Below, in pieces: positions 26,565-40,530 of a stretch of DNA of 64,000 nucleotides. Source of the DNA: Eledone cirrhosa. Its lineage: Eukaryota. Within the stretch, counting starts at the first letter, position 1; every line of letters begins with the position of its first letter. The DNA lies in assembly GCA_964016885.1 (NCBI GenBank), contig OZ024750.1, positions 54,622,001 through 54,686,000 of the forward strand. The letters are read 5' to 3'. The position numbers and the translations under genes were made by a program. Under the pieces are notes generated by a model. The model saw only the letters and a list, made by a program, of their open reading frames with translations. It ran no database searches and was not told the origin of the DNA.

Positions 26565-26832
26565 ACTGACACCATCCACTACCACCACCATCACTGACAC
26601 CATCTACCAGCATCACTGGCACCATCCACCACCACCATCACTGACACCATCCGCCACCACCATCACTGACACCATCCGCCACCACCATCACTGACACCAT
26701 CCACCACCTTCACCACCATCACTGTCACGATCCACCACCATCACCATCACTGACACCATCCACCACTACCACCACCATCACTGACACCATCCACCACCAT
26801 CGCCATTACTGACACCATCCACCATCACCAGC
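26565..26832. repeat. Imperfect minisatellite, 24-30-bp unit (accaccatcactgacaccatcc)
   Basis: About 10 visible tandem units built on an (ACC/ATC) triplet background. Confidence 0.85.
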
Positions 26833-26859
26833 GATCAGGCCTTAAAAACAGCTATAATA

Positions 26860-27034
26860 ATAATTGTTTCTACTTTTTGGCACAAGGCCAGCAATTACCC
26901 AGTGTATTACTGATACTTTATTTTATCGACCCCGTATGGATGAAAGGCAAAGTTAATCTCGGCGGGATTTGAACTCAGATCATAAAGGGACCTAACTCTA
27001 TGCTTCAAAGCATGATGTCCAACGCTCTACCGAT
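26860..27034 (-). mobile_element. tRNA-derived SINE, same family as 851-1038
   Basis: Direct similarity. Further partial copies at about 6953-7023, 25336-25420 and 32992-33112. Confidence 0.8.
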
Positions 27035-27374
27035 ATAATAATAATTATACTAAATAAGTATTCTGTTCTTGGCACGAGGCAGCAATTGTCCCAGCACATT
27101 GCTGGTGCCTTGTTTTGGGGGGCCAGGAGAGTGGAGAGCCGTTGCTCTTTGCTGTAAAGAAAACAATTATTATTATTGTTATATAAAAACTGAACTGGAC
27201 TGGAAAAGTCAACAGTTGACATGATTTTGATTTTGTATCTGTACTGACGGTAATATATATATATGTGTATGTGAGTAGTTGGTGTGTGAGTGACGTGTGT
27301 GTTTGTAGTTTGTATGCATGAGTGTTGGTGTGAGTGAGTGTGTGTACCGTGAGTGTCAATAAGTATTTTTTTAT

Positions 27375-29512
27375 GACCATGCTGTAAAATGGGGTGGTAG
27401 AGTGGGCCCTTGAGTCTAGTAAGACATCCTCTCTAGTGCTGGTGGCACAAATAAAAGCACCCAGTCCATGCTGTAAAGTGGCGCTAGTGTTAGGAAGGGC
27501 ATCCAACCAGTGTATCAATGCCAAAACGATTATCAGTACAGCAACAAGTAAGATAGGAACAACAAAATATGAAGACGTCGCATCTCAGAGGTAGATCTGC
27601 TGAAATAGCGGAGATGCTGGAGAGAAGGCATGTGGATGTGTGCTGCGTACAAGAGGTGAGATGGAGAGGTGCCTCTGCGAGACTAGTCGTAGGCAAACAT
27701 CTTAGCTATAAGCTTTTCTGGTAAGGATGATGGGTTAGGGGAAGTAGGCATTTTTCTGGCTGAGAGATGGATCAATAAGACAATAGAGGTAGTTCACATT
27801 AGTGATCGAATAATTGAGCTTAGATTAGTTGTAGGCAGGAGACTACTGACAATCATCTCTGCCTATGCTCCACAAGCAGGCCTAGGCAAAGAAGAGAAAG
27901 ACTGCTTTTACGAGCAACTTTTACAAACAACCGCAATGACAGGACGGAGACATCGTTATGCTAGCAGAGGACTTCAATAGTCATGTTGGACAGCACCAGG
28001 ATGGTTACACTGGAGTACATGGTGGTCACGGTTACGGCTCAAGAAATTAAGAATGTACCCGACAGCATAGGTTAGTCGTTAGTGATATCTCAGTAAGCAA
28101 GAGATGGAATGAGACATACAGGAAGGTGTGCAGAAGAAAGGTCTGGAAGCTAAAAGACCTTTCACTAAAATACAAATTTAGGAAAGCCCTTCAAGATGTG
28201 TATGACGAAAAAGAAGACGATTTAGAGACAGATAATAACTGGAATTTCTTACGTGACAACTTACTGCAGGCTACTGATGAAACTTGTGGCTGGAGCAGAG
28301 CTCCAACCAGACAGAGAGTGACCTGGTGGTGGAACAGCACAGTAGATAAGGCCATTAGAGACAAAAGACTAGCATGGAAGGCTTGGAAAAAGGGTGGGAG
28401 TAGGGAAGAATATACAGCCGCTAAGAGAGAAGCTAGATGGCAGGTGTACTTAGCACGCAGGGAGGCTGAGAGTAGGAGGTTTGCCAATGTTCTGCGATGG
28501 GAAGATCAGAGGCGTGCGATGAATCACATTGCAAGGCAGTGTGTCAATGCAAATCAGGATGTTGTTGGAGATAAATGTGTCCGGAATGATGCCGGTGTAC
28601 TTAGTGTCACGAATGATCAGAAAAGGAGGCCTGGAAATGTCATTATGAAAGACTGATGAATGTGGAGAACAAATGGGAGAGAGAGAAATTACCCTCAGTA
28701 GATCTGACAGAGGGACCAGCTATTGAGATTGACGAATATAGGGTCCAAGAGGCGATTAAGGAAATGAAAAATGGTAAGGCTGCTGGACCATCGGAGATAG
28801 TTGCTGAGATGCTGGTTGCACGCATCATCAATCAGGCTATATATGGTGCTCATACCCAAAGACTGGTGCAGCAGTATTCTCATAAATTGCTCTGGAGAGG
28901 AGCAATTATAGGGGTATAAAACTGATGGATGAGGTTATGAAAGTGGCAGAAAGGATATTTGCACAACTAATTAGAGAAATGGTCAAACTAGATGAGATGC
29001 AGTTTGGTTTTGTGCCTGGGAAGAGTACAACAGATGCCCTCTTCTTGGTGAGACAATTACAAGAGAGGTTCTTAGAGAAAAATAAGCCACTATACTTAGC
29101 CTTTGTTGACCTAGAGAAGGCCTTTGACAGGATATGCAACGGCTGGAGAGAAATGAGGCAAGCATGCTCCGTTGGATGTGCAATGTCAATGTGCGTGAAC
29201 GACCCAGCATGGATGTGTTGAGAGAGAAACTGTCTGAGAGGGATAGAATGTAATGTGCGAGAGAGGAGACTGAGGCGGTATGGACATGTGATGTGCATGG
29301 AGGATGACCGATGGGTGAAGAAGTGCCAGGAAATGCCAGTTGAAGGAATATGTGGTAGAGGTAGACCACGAAAAACATGGGCGGAGGTGGTAAGAACACC
29401 TCAGATCGCTGAAGCTCACGGTGGAGATGACGAAGGATCGTGACAAGTGGAGAGGTGTTGTGCTGAATAAGACCCTTGCAAACAGGGAAAAGCGGAGGTA
29501 AAATGATGATGA
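27375..29512 (+). mobile_element. Internally deleted RTE LINE
   Basis: 5' region, endonuclease remnant, TWWWN, QFGFVPGKSTTDA, AFVDLEKAFD, 3' end and (GAT)n. Same subfamily as 38945-43310. Confidence 0.88.
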
Positions 29513-29691
29513 TATATATACATATACATAATAATAATAATATTATTTATACTTATATATACACTATATATAATTATAAACAGGAAAGGCCAGTAATTCA
29601 TTACCACTTTAATACCAGTAAGAAAAATAGCTCAATGTAAATACATCAGATGTTTTACAGAATAATCAAAACTATGTTCAAAACATTTTAT

Positions 29692-29738
29692 TGCTGACAA
29701 TCGTTTCTTCCAAACTTTTGTTTGGAATCATCGGAGCA
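29692..29738 (-). ncRNA. Minimal type I hammerhead, CCGAUGA core
   Basis: tgct CCGATGA ttccaaac-aaaa-gtttggaa GAAA c-gatt-g TC agca. Lies downstream of a weak PLE-like remnant (about 30200-30360, minus). Confidence 0.8.
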
Positions 29739-30377
29739 CTAGCAAACTTTAGAGATATAATTAACCTCCTATTCTACAGAACAATTGTAAAGATACATAG
29801 ATATTAGTGTTGTCATTAGCAGTGTCATATTTAAAGAGTGAAGATGATGTGGTCAGTATCAGTGGATGCGACAAAGATTATAAAAGAATAATACAACAAT
29901 TATAGAGGAATTAAAGAAGAAAGTTACTTGCAAAACGAGGACATTAGCGGTACATATGCAAACGTATAGAAAGAGTGCAGATGTGATAGGCATGTACAGA
30001 ATAACCAGGTAAGAAACAAGCAATGGTACTAAGCATATATATATCACAGTATGGCAAAGGTATCACATAATACAATACAGGTATAAAAGCATATGAAGCA
30101 GACAGAGATGCGTGGGTATGAAAAGCAGTTTCTATGAAGTTTATGGTGGATGTAATGTGATAATTGTTCCGGTAATGTTCAAATGTACATGCGTTGCGAG
30201 TATTAATATTAAGGTTTTCCTTTCCATTACATTGGTTATATTTTAGTAAATGTTTATTAGTAGCTACAACTATGGATTGTATATTGGTCCTACTCAAGGG
30301 TTAGAGTTGTTCTGGAGTGATCTGTCATACGGTTTAATTTCAGGAATTATTCTCTAATCTATACGTATACATATAAA

Positions 30378-31242
30378 TCATCATCATCATCATCATCATT
30401 TTACGTCCGCTTTTCCCTGCTTGCAAGGGTGGGACGGGTCTTATTCAGCACAGCATCTCTCCACTCATCACGGTCCTTCGTCATCTCCACCGTGAGCTTC
30501 AATGATCTGAGGTCTGTTCTCACCACCTCTGCCCATGTTTTTCGTGGTCTACCTCTACCACGTCTTCCTTCAACTGGCATTTCCTGGCACTTCTTCACCC
30601 ATCGGTCATCCTCCATGCGCATCACATGTCCATACCACCTCAGTCTCCTCTCCCGCACACTACATTCTATCCCTCTCAGACACAGTTTCTCTCTCAACAC
30701 ATTTATGCTGGGTCGTTCACGCACATTTACACTGCACATCCAATGGAGCATGCTTGCCTGATTTCTCTCCAGCCGTCGCATATCCTCTGCAGTTGCTGCC
30801 CATGTCTCACTACCATGCAGCATCACGCTCCTCACACAGGCATCATACAACCGGCCTTTCGTACGCAGGGAGAAACCCTTCTTCGTCAACAGAGGAAGCA
30901 GTTCCCTAAACTTCTTCCAACCCGTCCTTATTCTAGATACTATGGCCTCAGAACACCCTCCTCCCATGCTATTCTGATCTCCTAGGTACCGGAAGCTATC
31001 CACCACTTCTATAGTGCCCTCCTGCATCTGAAAAATGTGTCTATCAATGCGACTTCTACTGTCTAATTTCCCTGTACATCTACTGCATACATATTTCTCC
31101 CTAACTGTTAGTTTGCCTGCTATCCCGCTACATCTCTTGTGTACCCAGGATCTGCATTGTGTGTATTTTATAGAATTTATGCCAGTTCCTTTTCTGCATA
31201 TCGAACATGGCCATTTCCCTGACGGAATCAGGGTTTTGTCCT
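30378..31242 (-). mobile_element. RTE LINE 3' fragment
   Basis: ORF 30401-31027 is intact to the C-terminus (FRYLGD, MLHGSETW, RWYGHVMR, GRPRKTW); (GAT)n tail. Confidence 0.9.
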
Positions 31243-31594
31243 CTTTATATAAATATATATATAAAACTTTTTACTCCCACACATTCGCATAAAGCCACAT
31301 TCTTATACCCATATATGTATATATACACACACACATATATATATACATACACACACACACATATATATATATACACACACATACATATATAAAAAAAACA
31401 TATATGCATATATCAGTTCCCGTATGAGCAAGATAAGGCCAGCCGACCAGACACTGCCCACAACCCATCTAACCCATACTAGCGTGGAAGAACGGACATA
31501 AAACGGTGATGATGATGATAGACACATACATATATGCATATATATATACACATATATATATCCATATACATACATACATACACATACATGCATA

Positions 31595-32196
31595 CATCAT
31601 CATCATTTTACGTCCGCTTTTTCCCTGCTTGTAAGGGTGGGACGGGAACTGATTCTGGCTTGATTTCTACAGCTGGATGCCCTTCCTAACACCAACCTCA
31701 TTTACAGTGAGTGCTGGGTGCTTTTTTGCCGTGGCGCCTACACGTCCACTTTGGAATGATAGGGTCCCCAGTCCCTATCATCTCATTTCTACAGCTGAGT
31801 AAATTGGAACAATGTGAAATAAAGTGTCTTGCTCAAGGAAACAACACATGACCCGGTCTGAGAATTAAACTCACAACCTTTCGATTGCAAGCCCAATGCT
31901 CTAACCACTCAGCCATGTACCTATATATATATATAATGTGTTGTTCCCTTGAGCAAGACACTTTATTTCACATTGCTCCAGTTTACTCAGCTGTAGAAAT
32001 GAGATGATAGGACTAGGGTCCCTATCATTCCACTGCAAAGTGGTCGTGGAGGTGCCACGGCAAAAAAGCACCCACCACTCACTGTAAATGAGGTTGGTGT
32101 TAGGAAGGGCATCCAACTGTAGAAATCAAGCCAGAATCAGTTCCCGTCCCACCCTTGCAAGCAGGGAAAAGCAGACGTAAAATGATGATGATGATG
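31595..32196. mobile_element. Head-to-head pair of CORE-like SINEs (31595-31920 minus; 31937-32196 plus, lacking the tRNA head)
   Basis: Both match 17351-17685 and are mutual reverse complements over about 255 bp. Confidence 0.85.
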
Positions 32197-32339
32197 ATAT
32201 ATACACATACATAAACAAATACACACACACATACAAATATACACATACTTATATACATGCATTCAATGAAGTACATTATATGTAGGAAAAAGCAGATAGG
32301 TAAGAAGTACTTACATAACCATAGTACCGTGAGGCAGGT

Positions 32340-32925
32340 CGAGATGGGCGGAGAGGTAGGGTGGGATGGAGGTGGAGGGGATATTTTGTCGAGTGGGTTT
32401 TTTAAAAAGGAAATTTTTTTTTTGGCATCTAGCATCAACTCTGGCTTAAGATATTTGAAAGTTGCAAAGTGTTTGTGCATGCAATTCGGTCAGTGTTCAG
32501 AGAGTTTGTTCAGTATCAGGCCCTTGGCAAATAGTATTTAATAGCTCTCTTAATACAAAGGTCGCAGCACTTGTGTCCTCTCTTGTATAAGCGTGCTTTC
32601 TGGAGTATTTTCCATTTAAGTGTGAAAGGGGTGGAGTTTCTTTTGAGGTCCCAGACATAGGAGGCGAGTGTTGTCTGATTTGATTTGTCCGGTCTTCTGA
32701 AAGAGTGGATATGGGCATACTGCCTTTGTCACTCTAAATATAAATTATAGCTTTAAAGAATTCCCTTTTCTTTAAACCCATCAACCAATGACCTCCACCT
32801 TTCCCAATCTCCACCCTCTCCTACCACCAGAAAAGATATAAATACCACCATATTTACTTGGACAATCAGCTTCCTGATGATTTCTCACGAATGAAACAGT
32901 TCTATTCCTGTAGAAACTTTTCTAT
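32340..32925 (-). mobile_element. PLE 3' fragment plus an inverted pLTR carrying an HHR (32868-32918, +)
   Basis: A minus frame not in the ORF track reads HIHSFRRPDKSNQTTLASYVWDLK..WKILQKARLY..CCDLC (GIY-YIG C-terminus). Confidence 0.75.
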
Positions 32926-32928
32926 ATG

Positions 32929-32964
<36 letters not shown>

Positions 32965-33119
32965 ATCTATACATATATATGTATAGATATATAATTGTTT
33001 CTATTTTTGGCACAAGGCCAACAATTACCCAGTACTTTATTTTATCGACCCCGTAAGGATGGAAGGCAAAGTTAATCTCGGCCGGATTTGAACTCAGATC
33101 GTAAAGGGACGTAAAACAC

Positions 33120-36100
33120 AATGAAAGGAAGAGCAGGAGAAATTGGTGTATGCTGTGTGCAAGAGACTAGATGGAGAGGAGAGTCTGCTTGAGTCCTTGT
33201 AGGCAAAAGTCAATGCTACAAACTTTTCTGGGTGGGAAATGACAACGGGATGGGAGGGGTAGGTATACTATTGGCTGACAAATGGGTTGATACGGTAATC
33301 TCAGTGAACAGGGTAAATGCAAGAATCATTAAACTCAGACTAGTCTTGAATAAAACAATTACCACAATAATAACAGCTTACGCACCCCAATCGGTGTTGC
33401 CAGACAAACCTAAAGATAGGTTTTATGAGTCCCTAATGCACACTACTGCCCTAACAAGCGGCAATGACTTCCTAATCATTGCAGGAGATTTTAATGGACA
33501 CGTAGGTAAACACTGTGACGGCTTCTATAGAGTCCATGGAGGCCATCGGTTTGGCACAAGAAATGAAGAAGGCTTCCGGAATTCTGCAACGCCAATGACA
33601 TGTCGATATGTAACACAAACTTCAAAACACCCGACAACCATCTGATCACCTATAGATCAGGGGAGCATTCTAGTCAGATAGATTTTATCCTCATCAGAGG
33701 ATGTGACAGATGGACGGTCGTTAACACAAAAGCCTTCTCTAGTGAGGAATGTACCTCCCAACATAACTTAGTTGTCAGAACTGGAAACAGAAGGCAACCT
33801 AGAGAAGAAAGATCTGGAAGCTGGAAGACCCCCTCAGTCAGTAATAGGTTTAAAGATATTCTACTCGACGCCTATGACAGTAAAGAAGAACAGTTAGAGA
33901 CATTCAATGTAGAAGAGCACTGGGAGTTCCTAAAAAATAACTTACTAAAGGTGACGGACGAGATCTGTGGTTGGAGCAAGACCACAGGCAGGAGGAGAGG
34001 AACAATAAGGTAGATGAGGCAGTTAAGGCCAAGAAACAGGCATGGAAAGAATGGAAGAACGGGGGTAGCAGGGTACATTACATAGAGACCAGGAGGGAAG
34101 CTAGGTGACAAGTATACAAGCAGAGGATAGAAAATTCAAGCATGTTTTGAAACGTGAGGACCAGAAACAGGAGGTGTTCAAGATTGCGAGGCAGTGTGTC
34201 AGAGAAAATTGTGATGTCATTGGAGCGAAGCGTATCCGGAATGATAAAGGTGAGCTTGCCCTCACAACTGCTGAGAAGAAAGATGCGTGGAAGAGCCATT
34301 ATGATAGATTACTAAATGAGGAGAATGCATGGGAAGAAGAGACCCTACCCCAAGTAGACCCTATAGAGGGGTCAGCAGCAGCGTAGTAAGTAAGGCAATC
34401 AAAGATGTGAAGACGGGGAGGGCAACCGGTCGATCGGGTATAGCTGCCGAGATGCTGAAGGCATCTGGGTCGGTAGGTCACACCATAACCACACAAATTG
34501 TTAACCAGGTAATACTAGAGGGTATCATACCAAAGGATTGGTGCAGCAGCATCATTGTCAACTGCTACAAAGGTACAGGTGATGCACTAGATAGAGGAAA
34601 CTATAGAGGTATAAAGTGAATGGACCAGGTCATGAAAGTAACAGAAAGAGTTATAGCACAGTTGATTAGGGACCAGGTGAAACTAGATGAGATGCAATTT
34701 GGGTCTGTACCAGGAAAAGGCATCACTGATGCCCTCTTCCTTGTGGGGCAGTTACAGGAAAAGTACCTAGCTAAAAGTAAGCCACTCTACCTGGCATTCG
34801 TCAATCTGGAAAAAGCCTTCGACAGATTCCCCCATGCCATAATCTGGTGGGCTCTTAGAAAATTAGGAGTAGATGAATGGCTTGTGAAAGCTGTAGAAGC
34901 CATGTATAGAGGAGCAGTCATCAAAGTTAGAGTTAGCAATGATTATAGCGAGGAATTTAGCATACAGGTTGGTGTCCACCAGGGCTCTGTTCTTAGCCCT
35001 CTCCTGTTCATTATAGTTTTGCAGGCAATAACGGAGGAGTTTAAGACCGATGCCCATGGGAACTCCTGTATGCAGAGGACCTCGCACTTATAGCTGAATC
35101 CATGGTGGAACTAGAGAAGAAATTCCAAACATGGACGCAGGGACTAGAACGAAAGGATCTCAAAGTCAACCTGACAAAGACTAAGGTCCTTGTAAGTACA
35201 TGAGAAAACAGAACCCAGATCCCATCAGGGAAATGGCCTTACTCAGTAGGTAGGAACTCCATCCTCTGCCACAAATGCAAACAATGGGTACACAAGAGAT
35301 GTAGTGGGATCTCAGGAAGTTCTAACTAAGAACGTAGGCTTCATATGTAGCAGCTGCGCTGGGATAGCAAGCATCAAACAACCACAGGAAACAAGTACCA
35401 CCAAACTCAGGGAGGGCTCTGTAGAAACAGTAGACAGCTTCTGCTACCTAGGTGACCGAATTAGCAGCGGAGGTGGGTGTTCGGAAAGTACAATAACTAG
35501 GATAAGAACGGGATGGAAGAAGTTCAGGGGGCTACTGTCACTGCTAGCTGCAAAAGGCTTTTCCCTCAAGGCAGACTGTATGATGCGTGCATACGAACAG
35601 CAATGTTACATGGAAGTAAGACCTGGGCGCTGTCTGTAGAAGACTTGCGCAGATTAGAAAGAAACGAAGCTTGCATGCTCCGATGGATGTGTAATAGTAA
35701 TATACGCGAACGGCAAAGTATAAACGAATTGAGAGAGACTGAGCATAAGAGGAATCAAATGCTGTGTGCAGGAAAGGAGGTTACGTTGGTATGGACATGT
35801 GATGCGTATGAAGGATGACAGCTGCATAAAAAGGTGCAGAGGACTAGAAGTCGATGGAAGCTGCGGAGTGGGGAGACCCAAGAAGACCTGGAATGAGGGG
35901 TGATAAAAGGCCAACCTTACCCATTTTCACCTTTCAAGGGCAATGATACACGACCGTGACCTCTGACATCACGCAGTAATACAGAAGACCCGACCCCTCC
36001 CACAGGAACAAGTCGAAGCTGCAGCATATAGACAATAGGCCCCCCACACACACACACACACTGTAAAGTGGACGTGTAGGCGCCACGGAAAAAAGCACCC

Positions 36101-36275
36101 AGCACTCACTGTAAATGAGGTTGGTGTTAAGAAGGGCATCCAACTAGAAATTAAGCCAGAATCAGTTCCTGTATGAGCAAGACAAGGTCAGCCGACTGGA
36201 CACTGCCCACAACAGGACAACCCGTCTAACCCATGCTAGCGTGGAAGAACGGACGTAAAACGGTGAAGATGATGA
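33120..36275 (+). mobile_element. Near-full-length decayed RTE LINE
   Basis: Endonuclease 33232-33800, RT 34329-35100, thumb 35304-35900, 3' UTR with (GAT)n. Confidence 0.92.
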
Positions 36276-36279
36276 TATT

Positions 36280-36329
<50 letters not shown>

Positions 36330-36419
36330 CAAGGTTTAGCAAATAAGAAAAAGTTTTAAAACAAATTTTAAAAAGTTCACTGTACCTGCTGTAATTACCC
36401 TTACCGTACGGTTTCAAGT

Positions 36420-37520
36420 CTCAAAATAAATGGATAATCCATGCGGAAATCCATTGAAAAGAAAGACTCTCGTCAGAGGGTTCTTTTCACTCGGAGAATA
36501 TAAAATTCCCGAGTTCAAGTCACGAACTGGCGCTATTCAAAATTGTTCCCGAGATGAGAGTGAATGATAAAGAAGCAATTCTGTCCAGTGCCGTGTGCAA
36601 AGATAGAAAAGGCAGAGGCGGAAAGGTCAATCCACTGTCACTAGAAATAGCAGCAGTTAAAACGACCAAAATGTTATCTCGACCAGGGGAGATTAATAAT
36701 AATAAAGCATGTATCCCTACATGCAAAATACATAGCAGGATAGGACAAAAGAAAGAAAACAGTCGAGCTGTTCTCGTGATAGAGAGGTGGCGCCGATACA
36801 GTCATCGATATAACGAGCGTATAGCTCAGGAGTTGGTCTAGCATACTGGGAGAAGATCTGGGCTTCGACGTAGTCAACAAACAAGTTGGCATAGTTTGGT
36901 CCCATTCTGGTTCCCATCGCTACATCAGAGACCTGCTAATGTGGTTGCCGGCGACTGAGACAAGTGAAGTCATCCGTCTGTGTTGATGATGGCGGGTTGT
37001 GAAAAAAAGCTTTCAGCTTTAATCGACAGAAGAACCCCTCAATATCGGCACATGTGCGGAACTCGTCGCAGCGAGATGTGGTTGGTATAAAACATAAACC
37101 ACGGGCGAGGAGTGAGCGCTCAGTTTCGGAGAGTGGTAGGTCTTGGGGTATGGTGACTACAGTGCAGGGACGTGAGGGAGTGAAAGGGGTGAAGGGGTTA
37201 AGGTGGTTGAGCAAAGCGTGTGCAGATTCAGTGGTGGGGAGAGGAAAGGGGGCGGTAGGTGACGGGATACAGGGGTTAGGATTGGAGGTGAAATGAGTAT
37301 GGGTGGTGACAACAGGTGGAGAGTGGAGTTTGTGGTTTTTTTTTTATAGAAGTGAGGAAATTGAAAAGGAGGTGATTGAGGTAAAGGATGAATTGGGTAA
37401 GGGATTGTAGGCCCTTGCACTCGATAGCTTCGACCAGCTAATCTCATATTCCTGGTTGATATCTTTAAGCTGCCAAATTTTATTGGTCAGCGTCGTTGTA
37501 TTCCCAAGTTTACGTTTTTT
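36420..37520 (-). mobile_element. Deleted PLE of a different clade (Penelope/Neptune-like RT)
   Basis: N-terminal LSETERSLLARGLCFIPT..FF.RLKLK and RT motifs AMGTRMGPNYANLFV and RYIDD. Confidence 0.8.
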
Positions 37521-37575
37521 ATTGAATGTCTATGCACATACCAATATATGTATATATATATATATATGTGTATAG

Positions 37576-37610
<35 letters not shown>

Positions 37611-37616
37611 ATATTC

Positions 37617-37974
37617 ACCATCATCATCATCATTTTACGTCCGCTCTTCCCTGCTCGCAAGGGTGGGACGGGTCTTATTCAGCATCACTCCACTCGTCAT
37701 GGTCCTTCGTCATCTCCACCGTGAGATTCAACGATCTGAGGTCTGTTCTCACCACCTCCGCCCATGTTTTTTCGTGGTCTACCTCTACCACGTCTTCCTT
37801 CAACTGGCACTTCTTCACCAATCGGTCATCCTCCATGCGCATCACATGTCCATACCACCTCAGTCTCCTCTCCCGTACACTACATTCTATCCATCTCAGA
37901 CACAGTTTCTCTCTCAACACATTTATGCTGGGTCGTTCACGTACATTTACACTGCACATCCAACGAAGCATGCT
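37617..37974 (-). mobile_element. RTE LINE extreme 3' fragment
   Basis: ORF 37675-37971 is nearly identical to 30400-30755. Confidence 0.88.
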
Positions 37975-38204
37975 TAATATATTTTAATATATCTTTAGTT
38001 TTAATATATCTTTATTTTTTCTATATATCTAATTTTCTATACACTTATAATAGTAAATAAATATTTATTATAATAGAATTCTAACAATTATTAGTAAATA
38101 TACGTAACATAAATATGTAACATAAACATAAGACTTATATGAACTCATCCTCGGATAAGCTTCTTTCTTCACTCTATTTCTTCACTCTATTTCTACATAT
38201 ACTA

Positions 38205-38391
38205 ATATTTTCTTTTCTTTTCTTTTCTTTTCTTTTCTTTTCTTTTCTTTTATTTTCTTTTCTTTTCTTTTCTTTTATTTTATTTTATTTTATTTTATTT
38301 TATTTTATTTTATTTTATTTTATTTTATTTTATTTTATTTTATTTTATTTTATTTTATTTTATTTTATTTTATTTTATTTTATTTTATTTT
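38205..38391. repeat. (TTTTC)n/(TTTTA)n pentanucleotide microsatellite
   Basis: Seen directly in the sequence. Confidence 0.95.
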
Positions 38392-38592
38392 CTCTCTCTT
38401 CTTTTTTTCTCTCTCTTCTTCCCACGGTGTAATTTAAATAAACGGTTGTTTTTTTTCAATTTTTCGGACATTCATTTGCATATTGACACAGAACTTTGAA
38501 TTACCCTCAATAAAAATGTTCACTATCCAGCGAATGTTCAACCGTCAAGGTTGTTTTCCACAGTTATGTCACTATTTATGAAGCAAATTTTG

Positions 38593-38648
38593 TATTTTAT
38601 CTGATGACAGCTTGCCTTGGTTGCCCTTGAAATATATATAATAAAATA
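38593..38648 (+). ncRNA. Type I hammerhead in a solo PLE pLTR (about 38420-38775)
   Basis: tattttat CTGATGA [21 nt] GAAA tatata TA ataaaata, with a perfect 8-bp stem I. Downstream sequence is homologous to 17690-17835 and 63780-63910. Confidence 0.8.
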
Positions 38649-38770
38649 ATTATGGTTTTATAAATATAGTTTCCATTTATTGAATATTTACTCCAGTAAT
38701 TTGTTGAGTGCTCTATATCAGTTATAAACTTTTAAGTTTGTTGGAATCCCAACGAATTAAATATAACTTC

Positions 38771-38827
<57 letters not shown>

Positions 38828-40530
38828 ATATGTATATATATATATAAGTGTGTATATATATATGTAGGTATATATGTGTATGTATATATATATATATATA
38901 TGTGTGTATAGTATATATATATATATATATATGTGTGTATATTCACCATCATCATCATTATTTTACGTCCGCTTTTCCCTGCTTGCAAGGGTGGGACGGG
39001 TCCTATTCAGCGCAGCATCTCTCCACTTGTCACGGTGCTTCGTCATCTTCAGCAATCTGAGGTATGCTCTCACCACCTCCACCCTTTCTACTGGGATTTC
39101 TTGGCACTTCTTTACCCAGCGGTCATCCTCCATGCACATCGCATGTCTGTGCCATCGCAGTCTTCTCTCCTGCATACTACAAGTTATCCCTCTTATAGAC
39201 CTTATAGACACTTTCTCTCTCAACTGATCTATGCTTTGTCGTTCACGCACATTGACATTGCACATCCAACGGAGCACGCTTGCTTCATTTCTCTCCAGCC
39301 GTTGCATATCCTCTGTAGTTGCCTTCCATGTCTCACTACCATGCAACATCGCGCATCTCACACAGGCATCATATAACCGGCCTTTCGTACGCAGGAGAAA
39401 CGCTTCTTTGTCAACAGAGGAAGCAGCTCCCTAAACTTCTTCCAACCCATCCTTATTCTAGATACTATGGCCTCAGAACACCCTCTTCCCATGCTAATCT
39501 GATCACCTAGGTACCGTAAGCTATCAAACACTTCTATAGAACCCACTTGCATTGATAGGGGTAATCTATCAAAGGCCTTCTGTAGGTCAACAAAAGCTAA
39601 ATATAGTGGCTTATTCTTCTCTAACAACCTCTCTTGTAGTTGTCTCACTAAGAAGACAGCATCTGTTGTACTTTTCCCAGGAACAAAACCAAACTGCATC
39701 TCGTCTAATTTGACCGTTTCTCTAATGAGTCGCGCTAATATTCTCTCTGCCACTTTGATAACCAGATCCATCAGTTTTATACCCCTATAATTGCTCCTCT
39801 CCAGAGCATCCCCTTTACCTTTGTAGCTATTTATGAGAATACTGCTGCACCAGTGTTAGGGTATGACACCGCCATATATAGCTTGATTGATGATGCGTGT
39901 AACCAGTTTAGTGCCTACTTCTCCATTTGCACTGACACACTGCTTTGCAATGCGGAACACCACACGTCTCTGATCTTCTCATCGCAGAACATTGGCAAAC
40001 CTTCTACTCTCAGCCTCCCTGCGCGCTAAGTAAATCTGACGTCTAGCTTCTCTCTTAGTGGCTGTGTATCCTTCTCTACTCCAACCATTTTTCCAAGCCT
40101 TCCATGCTAGTCTTTTGTCTCTAATGGCCTTATCTACCATGCTGTTCCACCACCAGGTCACTCTCTGTCTGGTTGGAGCTCTGCTCCAGTCACAAGTTTC
40201 ATCAGTAGCCTGCAGTAAGTTGTCAAGTAAGAAATTCCAGTAATTATCTATGTCATACGATTCTAAATCGTCTTCTTTTTCATCATACACATCTTGAAGG
40301 GCTTTCCTAAATTCATATTTCAGTGAAAGGTATTTTAGCTCCAGACCTTTCTTTTCCACACATTCCAGTATGTCTCATTCTGTCTCTTTCTTACTGAGAT
40401 GTCACTAACGACAAACCTGTGCTGTGTGGGTGTGTGTGTGTGTGTGTGGGGGGGGGGGGGGGGTACATTCTTCGCCGGGGTATGACTTAGTTTTTGACAC
40501 CATCTGTCTGTCTCGCTGCCTAACTAGAAC

